The notes beneath the pieces are model-generated. The model ran no database searches. It was not told the origin of the DNA and worked only from the letters and a program-made list of their open reading frames with translations. Shown here piece by piece: positions 43,801 to 52,396 of a DNA stretch of 64,000 bases (the first letter of the stretch is position 1; each line of letters opens with the position of its first letter). Source of the DNA: Daphnia carinata (Eukaryota); the NCBI RefSeq assembly GCF_022539665.2, contig NC_081332.1, forward strand, positions 3,348,001 through 3,412,000, in the 5' to 3' direction. Both the position numbers and the translations under genes were made by a program.

Positions 43801-44415
43801 GCACGCTCAAACCCACCGTAACGAACAAAAAAAAAACATACGTTGGGTATTCACAGTTTTCAAGGGGCGGAAAGAAAAACGATTTCTTGACTTTGAACGC
43901 AAAAATTTCTAAGTTCTCTTTCGACGCGGGCATTAAGTACAAGAAATTGTTAGTCTTTTTTTCTTTCTTTTGATTTTTCGAGTTGATGTAAGAGCCGGTG
44001 CAACGGAAGACGCTTGTGGTTAACGAAAGACAACTACTGGGGGCGAGGGGGATGTCGGAAGCAGCATAACTGCTTCATTTAAGCACTTGGTGCTACTTCT
44101 TATTGAAGGGTCGACTAAATGAGAAATTCACTTAGCTAAGCGGTCAATCCCCTTGTTATTATTATTCGATCAACTTTTGCCCCTGTCCCTTTCGACAAGT
44201 CCCGTCACGTCTGACGTACGTGACATCAACGACGAAGTTTCACGGCCACTTCCGTTTTATTTCGAGATCCTGATTCTGATCAGGTACACTAGAACTTTGT
44301 TTTCACATCGAGCTTCCCAAAGAAAGAACAGAAACTCAATTCTTTGGTTTCTGAAGAAAAAGCAAAAAAAAAAGGACGTTTCCTTACCGAGACTAGGAAA
44401 AGACTAGTTCAAACA

Positions 44416-44432
44416 TCGCAAGGTGGCAGCAC
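44416..44432 (+). promoter_or_regulatory. Candidate CTCF site at the desert/island boundary
   Basis: TCGCAAGGTGGCAGCAC, 13/14 to CCGCNNGGNGGCAG. Confidence 0.35.
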
Positions 44433-44586
44433 GAGCCAAAAGAAATTTTTACAAAAATGCTGTGCATGATTGAAAAAGAAATTCCCCGCCAACATTCAAA
44501 CGATTTCCTTCAAAATTAAATCACAGGACGAAGGAAAACTGATAAACTAATAGTACAATTCATGTACTGATTTAAAGAAGGTTACT

Positions 44587-45041
44587 TCATTTCACAGATT
44601 TGCAAGATGAAGGCTGAAAAAGTTGCCTACCTACGTCAAGATGTAAAATAAGGTACATTTGGTAAAGATTGTGGTTGTGGATCATTAGGCAAGCTTTATC
44701 TACCGTGAAATGGCATTGGTTAGGATTTGCTGTTTGCATCTTACCTTGTGTGTTGTCTTCTGGTTCCCATTTTTTGGTATTCAATGACACGAAAGCAGAA
44801 TGGAATTGTTCTGACCACATGATGACTCTTTCAGAAGGAGAAGGACAAGCAAAGCAAGGGCAATGCCGAAGGCGGTCATCAGTTTGACGAGCACGTTGAA
44901 TTACAGTCTCCATAATCACTTGCACAAATAGAAATATTCAATTCTTCCTGCCAATCAATACAATACAAAAGAAAACCAATTAGAAACTGAATAGGATTAA
45001 ACCAGGGTAATTGGATACAAATGAACAAATGAAAGCTTACC
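44587..45041 (-). pseudogene. Spliced minus-strand unit: small-peptide gene, lncRNA or decayed secreted-protein gene
   Basis: Donor GAG|GTAAGC (45041/45040); 93-nt intron with TTCTAAT branch point and T-rich tract ending CAG (44948); 203-nt exon 44947-44745; donor AAG|GTAAGA. The exon holds a 32-aa signal-peptide-like ORF (44879-44781) and an overlapping open frame from ATG 44913. The 5' and 3' ends are uncertain. Confidence 0.45.
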
Positions 45042-45767
45042 TCACACACTAATGCACGAATGCCTACGTGTGAACAAGATCGTAAGAGACTAAAATCTAA
45101 TTGGGGGCTCGACGACTGATAATGAAAAATGGAGGGAAAAGAAGGGGTACAGAGTTGCCGTCCATTAAACATTTTGCAAAAAAAAACCTTTTTTTTGCAA
45201 AAATGTAATTTAATTAATTGAAAAAATTGCCACTGTAAATACGTTGATTTTTCTGTTAATATGAAAAATAAAATGGATAAAAAATTTAAAAAAAAAATTA
45301 TAATTCGAATTTCACTCGAGATAATGCAACAGCTCTCAGTTCCGTCCAATTGTGTGAAATTTTTTTACCACACCTCCAGGTTATTAGCTGATCACCGTAA
45401 TGGCGGCCATATTTCGACACTAGAAGTATAGTTAACAAAACCCCCATCAAGCCATTCGTTTCATCACTATCAATTCTTTTGGTATTGGAGAATAATTAAA
45501 ACCATGCATGATCAATGGCGTGAGTGAACCATGTATAGCATACTAAAAAAAAAAGATTTCTGAATTGTACTTTCGTTTTTGTTTGCATGGCCCAGAGGGT
45601 AAATAATGATTATACCAGTGTCTTGTGGCAATTATTTGTCTGCGCTTTTACTTCTCGATAACTTTTGGAAACCCTTTTGGCGAAAAGAAAATCACTGTGA
45701 GTTTTCGTTAAAATCTTTTGCCTAAGTATTCCACAATTACAGATATCATTCAAATTTTTAGTATTAC

Positions 45768-45903
45768 CCTTCTTCATCTGCATAATCGTTGTAGAAGTGG
45801 TCTTGCGTCGTCCTATTACATCCATGCACTCCAGTTTCACACACGATCGCCATTGGCAAGAAGAAACTAAGCAGATGACCAAACAACGTGATTTCATGAT
45901 GGC
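45768..45903 (-). pseudogene. Possible frameshifted exon of a small secreted protein
   Basis: Acceptor ttaccag| at 45904, GCCATCATG start at 45897, donor AGG|GTAATA at 45767. MKSRCLVICLV continues as FFLPMAIVCETGVHGCNRTTQDHFYNDYADEEG if one T is added to a T run. Confidence 0.25.
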
Positions 45904-46248
45904 CTGGTAAACAGTGAGCCAAGATGAGACTGCCCTCTTACACAATCTTAAACGTCTTCTTGACATGTATTTATCTCCACAACGATTGAAATTCATTTCT
46001 CAAAAGTTAAACAACCATTCTTTCACAATGTTTAGACTCATTTCGCGAATATGAATTACAAAATTAGAAAAATACTGAGAATTGTCTGCTCGCCAGCAGT
46101 GCTCCAACCGGCCATTTCGCTAACTAGAAACGCTTTTTCATGGATCTGCAGAGACTTAAAATTCCTTCTGCTCAAAACTGGTAAACAAATCCGCTCATCA
46201 ATAATTCCTCACCACTTGAATCAAACGTCGACCAGCTGACAAAACAAA

Positions 46249-47250
46249 ATGGGCTTGTTGAAAAAGGATAAATACTATTCCAGCACAAAAAGCTACAGCT
46301 TGAATCGTAGGGCTAAGAAACCCTTCAAGTCTATGTCCTACCGCAATTTCGCCAAAAGAAACAATGGAGCTTCATTACTTCTCTCACTTGTCAAGAGCTT
46401 AAAGCGACGTGCAACCCCCCAGCTGCCAGATGGTACTCAACAGATAGATTTCCCTGCTGGAACTCGGATAATGTTCGAGACGTCTGAAATCCCGCTAATG
46501 CCAGATGCCGTCGAGGCTTACTCGGATCCGGATCGTATGCCACTCAAGATACACGATCATAATTACCAGTCTTGTCCCCTATTTTTCTCCGGATTACACA
46601 AGTATCCATGGGATGATGAAGCCGCAATCGCGTCGCGATTGGCAGACGGTATGTGGCAACCTGTCCGCCAAGAGATTCCAGATGTTGAGATCTCTAAAAA
46701 TGCCGCGAAACCAGAATTAGCTTTTCTTCCATCTCGTCGTCGTAAGACGTGGTTCGTTGAAGCTGGACGAGTGGTCAGACAAGTCAATCTGCCCAACTGG
46801 GCACATGGCGAATCTACCAAATATGTTGATGAGGTTCCTCACTGCGAGCTGCGCCTAAAGGAGACAATCGAATCAGAACGGAAAGATACAAGAAAACATG
46901 ACCGTAAGAAATGGGTACTCGACTTGATACCTGGTTCACAAAGTCCAGTGGAACTGCCCAATTGGGCGAGAGCCAAGTCAAGCCAGTTTGTCCGTTGTGT
47001 CAAACCAGCTGGCCAAAAAGATGGAATCGGATTGTTCGGTGTACATTCGCAATCAGCCATCAAACCTTTTCGAGCCAGTCCTGTTCCAGCCACCACCTAC
47101 AAAGCTTCTCTACCTGTAGCAATGAAACGCCACCAGTCACCAAGAGAAAAGGTCAAGGCAGACATGATCACGGGGATGTTGGAATCGAAACCTTTCCGGG
47201 CCCAGTCCTGCTCTCCCTCAGCACTTTTCAAACCCTTTCCGCGTCGATAA
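46249..47250 (+). CDS. Intronless 333-aa basic protein of unrecognised family; duplicated LPNWA block and KPF(R/K) motifs
   Basis: By far the longest ORF in the window and free of homopolymer artefacts. Strong arthropod start context (CAAAACAAAATGG), in-frame TGA 12 nt upstream, protein-level internal repeats, AATAAA at 47519-47524. Function not recognised. Confidence 0.75.
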   Translation: MGLLKKDKYYSSTKSYSLNRRAKKPFKSMSYRNFAKRNNGASLLLSLVKSLKRRATPQLPDGTQQIDFPAGTRIMFETSEIPLMPDAVEAYSDPDRMPLKIHDHNYQSCPLFFSGLHKYPWDDEAAIASRLADGMWQPVRQEIPDVEISKNAAKPELAFLPSRRRKTWFVEAGRVVRQVNLPNWAHGESTKYVDEVPHCELRLKETIESERKDTRKHDRKKWVLDLIPGSQSPVELPNWARAKSSQFVRCVKPAGQKDGIGLFGVHSQSAIKPFRASPVPATTYKASLPVAMKRHQSPREKVKADMITGMLESKPFRAQSCSPSALFKPFPRR

Positions 47251-49757
47251 GAGAAGGCCGTCATTGGTGACGAGGATCCCCCCCTGTCAACCTATAAAAA
47301 CATAATCGGAAAAAAATAAGTTAATCTTCAAAAAAGACTTGAATCCTTGACCGTATTTCGAACGCAATTTTCTTTAAATTCTCATTTAAAATTTTGAAAT
47401 GATTAACTGTTTGGTTTTGTTGTTGCATCAAAATTCGTTTCATACACAAATTTTTTACGCAAAATTTCTTTTTTCGTTGTTCACAATTATTCATAAAGTC
47501 AGGCAGCCCAGCACTGTTAATAAAGCAGATTGCGATGGTATCTCATTTTGGAGAATCGTTTTCGCTGAAGGCGATTGGCATCGGCCAGCTAGACGACGAG
47601 ACACTTAAAACATTTCAGAGATGAGAACAGAAAGGGAAAACGATTGTCTCGCCTTTAAAGACACAGCACACTTGTAAAAAAAAAATGTGATGGCGCCAAA
47701 CTTTCGTTGGTACTACCATGTTTCGCCGAAAGCTATTCATTTCCAAGGTATAGTTTTTGTTTTTTCTTTTGTTTCACCTGGTCGTATTTTTTCGGAGAAC
47801 TGTATCCACTTTTACAAAACAAATAGTGTGGTTTTATTTCACGTGAAATATATTCTTTAAAAAATTATTTAAAAAAGGCCCATCAATTCAGACGTATACC
47901 CAGGGTCTTGGTTACATCCCTGCAGACCTACTGGCCCTCGCCACCCTCTTGTGGTTGAATGAAGTTATTGACAAGAGGATTGAGAACAAAGTAAAGGCCG
48001 AGTCAAACGAAAAAAAAAAAGAAAAAACAAGAAACAAAATATGCGTTTTACACAACACACATTTGGCAAAGATTAGGTACATGTCAAGAAATGCGCGAAG
48101 GGCGCGCATAATTCTCCATTGAATTAACGAATGGTACGAGGACGCGAACGGAAGGCCGATTGAAAATTGAGAACCATGGGGACATTGTCACTAAAAAAAT
48201 CGTGTCTGCGGTTTAGGTCTTTTTCTTGTTTTGTTTATCTAAAAAAATATATATATATATATATGTCGATTGTCTGTAGGGGATTGTGTTCCAGTTATAC
48301 ACTGTTTTGTTTGTTTTTTTGCGTCCTCGCATTTTAAACTAAAAAGGGAACGTCGCATAATGGATTGTTTTTGATGCAAATCTTTTTTTGTTTTTTTGTT
48401 AAGAAAAAAAAGGAGGGCGCCTGAGGAGCAAGTCATCAATCTTCGATTGACTTGTGAAATTTGCCAAAAGACATGATATGTGCGGACAGACGACGTTATC
48501 GACATAACGCAACACGCAGATTCGCAACCAAATGAGTCGGTTGAAAAAGGCATTGGGTTACCAAATGGGAACAATGTTGTACAACAGCTGCGCGAGGTTA
48601 TTATTAGAGGCAGAAAAAAAAAATAAAATAAAAAGTAGATGCCAGAAAAAAAGTGGTCCACTCCACAAAAGGGAGTAACCAATAAATCACGTGCAACACG
48701 ATGTAGTTATCACGCGCACGTTGAAAATCTTGAGAATTACGAGTCCATCTCACGAATGAATGATTTCTTTCAGTGGCATGACAAGAATTCATGAACAAGT
48801 TCAAGAAAAGGGCAATTATTATTCGAAATAAAAATATATCATCCATACTCCACAATTACAATATGTTAAAATATGCAATGGGCTTCACTGGAGGTGAATA
48901 ACCGGGCGTTGCATTTACCTTGACATCGAAATCTCATGATCCGATCGAGTTTACAAAATCTGTTGTGCGTCGTTTGGAAATTCAGTGAGTGTCCCTAGCA
49001 ACCTTAACAGCTTCTAGTTTAACAGCGTTTTTTTTCAAAAGAAAAAAAATTTGTGTTCTTTTAAACATTTTACTTTTCCCTTGTTTTGATTTCACAATGA
49101 CGTACATGGACTGAAGCAATTGCTTAAGCAACACTGGCCCTCATGTCGAAATGTTTTTTAAACCCATTTTGAACTTGTAGCACATTAAGATTGGAACTTC
49201 CACTTGTATTTACTCTGATGCGTCGTTCATGTCAACCGGACCTTTCCCTTCTCCGCGATTGATTCCCAAACAAAAGAATAAAAACATCGATTGCCTAATG
49301 AAAATTGACTAACAGACTCTCTAACAAGACAACCTAATAGGATTGGATAGAAAGCAATCGCAGCTCTCGTTTCTCAGATAATCACTGGCATAATAAAGTG
49401 TTGGACCGGTTTTCTTAAAACAAAAACGATTTCGAGTTTAGACATTTAAACGGCGATGTCAGGGTGTCGGCCATTGAAATTTCGGGCAAGGATTTCCCAG
49501 TCCCTTCGCTCTGATGTTTACATTGACACGGGTCTATAATTTTTTCTCCTATTTAAAATGCGAAACGGTGGAAATAAGGACGACGAACCCAAGAAGAAAG
49601 ACATTAATATTATCTCAAAATCAGAAAAAACGTATATACATCGGAGGTCGCACATCAGAATATACAAGCCGCTTTCGTCGCCGATAGGGAATTAGAAATC
49701 CAAGGTATGGGCGCTGTCAAACCGGCTGGGACGGTAGTGATCCATTGCTCCCGAGTC

Positions 49758-49765
49758 TATCGATA
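49758..49765. promoter_or_regulatory. Perfect DRE (DREF element)
   Basis: TATCGATA palindrome; a single 8-mer could be chance. Confidence 0.25.
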
Positions 49766-52337
49766 AAGATCATTGATGTATTCGTTGCGGAATGTAGGTT
49801 GAACGTTACGCTTGGCCAGACAACGAGAGCTCCGAATCTATTTTCCAAACCAAAATAAAAAGGAAAAAAAAAAATGAGGATTCTTCTCGTGTTCCATGGC
49901 CGTTAAATGCAATCGTAGCTCACGCACTTTCACTGTTGGACAACAGTTATGGCCTAAAGGTGTGTTCGGTATGCTAACTTGGACATGCGCATTATGAAAT
50001 ATTTAAAACTAACGAAAGATCTACCGGTTTGGGCCTAACGCACAGTTATCATTGTTGATTGGAACACACGTGATGTTAAATCGAATCGTGAAACATTTAA
50101 CATCAAGGATGACGACCGTCATTGCACCACGTCTTCCATGTTAAACGACGGCCCGCCTGACGTCATTGTTTGACGGTCAACTTAACTCTTAACGCACGAC
50201 TGCACGACAAACTGTAAAGGCCTTAATTGTAACGAGGTGTGTCGTTAATGAAACGGGGAAAAAAAAATAGCGGACAAGTTACGTACGTTTTTCAAAGCTA
50301 TTAAATCCTATTTCTTGATGCACAAGTTCATCCAACTTTCACTTTTGTTCTCTAATTACTGGAATCCCTAAGCCTTTTGGTTTTTTTTTTCGTTTTTTTT
50401 TTTAAGGCCGATACCTTCTCGGAAATGTATGAAAAATATTTGTTAAACGTTGGTGAACTTACAGGGTGTCACGTAGGCAAAGAGAAAACATTCCGCTTTC
50501 ACCAAGGGGTTTTCTTTTTCTTTTTTCTCTTTGTTTTGCTGTTGTTTTTAGTTCGCTTTGTCGCTCGGGATTATGTTGGTTAAACTTCCATTCGTCCGTG
50601 AAAAAAATTTAAATGAGTCATTAAAAATAGTCGCATGTACATTTCCCTGACTCGTTCAAAAAAAAAAAGAACTGTTGTAATTCTTTCGACCTTGTTCGGA
50701 TTGACCTTAATTATCATTTCAAAAGGAAGGGAAAATCAAGTGCAACATTATCTCCAAATGCAATTTAAAAAACGTCCAGGGCACATACGTGACCACAACA
50801 ATTGCTGTTGAGCGCTTTTTAAAAAATAGATTCATTTATCTAGGTAAGTCAATTACGGTAAAAAAAAAAAAAAAATATGCAAACGATGTGCAGTAGGTCA
50901 ATGTTAAATGCTTAACATTTTTTCGTGATATAAACAACGACGAGGAAATTGAAAAATGATCCGGCCTAAATCGATCGTTCACGACAAACATCAAATGTCT
51001 ACACCAGACGGATTACATTCAACCTAGAAGAACACGCAACAAATTGAACAGATCATAAGATGTTAGAAAAAAAAAGGGGGGCACACGTGAGGTAATATAA
51101 CCATCGACCAAGTTCATCTACACATTGTGATGTGGAAGGCGAGCGCAAACAACGCGGAACATTCCGGCGCATAAATTGATTGAAGGGCGCGTAGTCTACA
51201 AGGCTAATTGCTGGCCTCGTTCCGGAAAAAAATAAAATAAAATTCGGAACAGTTGCTCCAAGTTCTTTCTTGTGCGTGTTCAAGCCCTAGAAATTTCGTG
51301 AAACGGGAAGACTTCCTCAGCCACTACACAAAAAAAAGATGATGAAGTATTAAAAAAAAAAAAAAAAAAAAAAAAAGAATTCCATTTCTTTCTTCTTCTT
51401 TTTTTCAAGACCATTAAAAAGTAAGATGGAAAAAGAAAATGCTCACGACGCAGAGAGTAGGTTAATCTGCTGTCTTGAAGCGGTACTCCCGCTGCGTCGG
51501 GACTCATCGTCCTTGCCGCCGGTTAGTTCCCCAGTTTTCGACGGAGGTAAAGAATAACAATTACGAAAAGGCGAAATAATAAAAGCATGATGTGTTTCTC
51601 TTCCCTTTTTAAAAAAAAAATCCCCTTTGCTCATAGAAGCGAGACCCTCACAAAAAAGAAAAAGATGGTTCGTATGAAATTAAAAAAAAAATAAGAAGCC
51701 TAATAAGCGACGTGATTCGAGATAAGGAAGTCAAGGTCGGTAACATCGCTCCTATTTTGTTTTCCTCTGCAAGTCTACCTTTTGCGGTTGATGTCACGAT
51801 TTCTCATGGATACCATTTTGTTTTTTCAACGGAACAAACTGAGGATGAACTCTATAAAAAAAAAAAACCACACGTTCTAAAAAGAAATGGGCCAGTCACG
51901 ATGACGGCCGATTTCCTTCATTTAAATTAAACCGCTTTATCGTTACTTCAATTACGATGAGTCAGCAACTGGTTCGATTATTCAATGCAAATGATCAGTC
52001 GACGTGCATATTCTTGCCAAGGATTTAAAAAAAAGAAACTATTAATGAACAACCCGGTTTGATCATACGGAACTGTTATCATAACCTTAAAGACAATGCA
52101 ACAGCAAAAATGCAAACCAGTTTGTTACAAAGAAAGAAAATAAAAGCGAGGGGGAATGCTACGTGCCACCGGATTTCCCACTGTTCTACATTAACTTCCC
52201 TTTCCTTGCTCCGACGTGTTCACTGCTGGCGTTTGGCATTCTACACGAAACATTCCGCATTACACCAGACACCTCCCCTTGAAAGAAATGGAAAATAAAC
52301 GATCGTCGGGAATTTAACGAAAGGGAAATTGGGTGAA

Positions 52338-52396
52338 GGTCACACTTTCGATAGCGCTGGCCATAATTCCATATCAACATGTTGCGCGCGCGCGCG
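52338..52396 (+). promoter_or_regulatory. Candidate core promoter: Ohler motif-1 core, DRE-like element and (GC)6G tract
   Basis: GGTCACACT (52338-52346) abuts TTTCGATAG, followed by GCGCGCGCGCGCG (52384-52396). Confidence 0.3.

Larger units (their letters stand above)
1..44400. other. Gene-poor, homopolymer-rich non-coding region (regulatory desert or very large intron)
   Basis: No ORF over 181 aa; listed ORFs are dominated by poly-K/poly-F/(HT)n/(CV)n translations of simple repeats; no recognisable domain on either strand. Micro-exons cannot be excluded. Confidence 0.75.

Noticed and set aside
148..44407. The many 60-180 aa ORFs in the supplied track
   Set aside because: Dominated by poly-K/F/G/P and (HT)n/(CV)n translations of simple repeats, often with non-ATG starts, and with no recognisable domains.
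44372..44408. Helitron-like 3' end (small hairpin then CTAG-T)
   Set aside because: Only a 5-bp stem, no matching 5' terminus and no Rep/helicase sequence.
44781..44783. TGA after Cys-His read as selenocysteine
   Set aside because: No SECIS element or selenoprotein similarity recognised.
46505..47270. Shorter ORFs overlapping the 333-aa ORF on both strands
   Set aside because: Typical shadow frames of a coding sequence, with no independent evidence.
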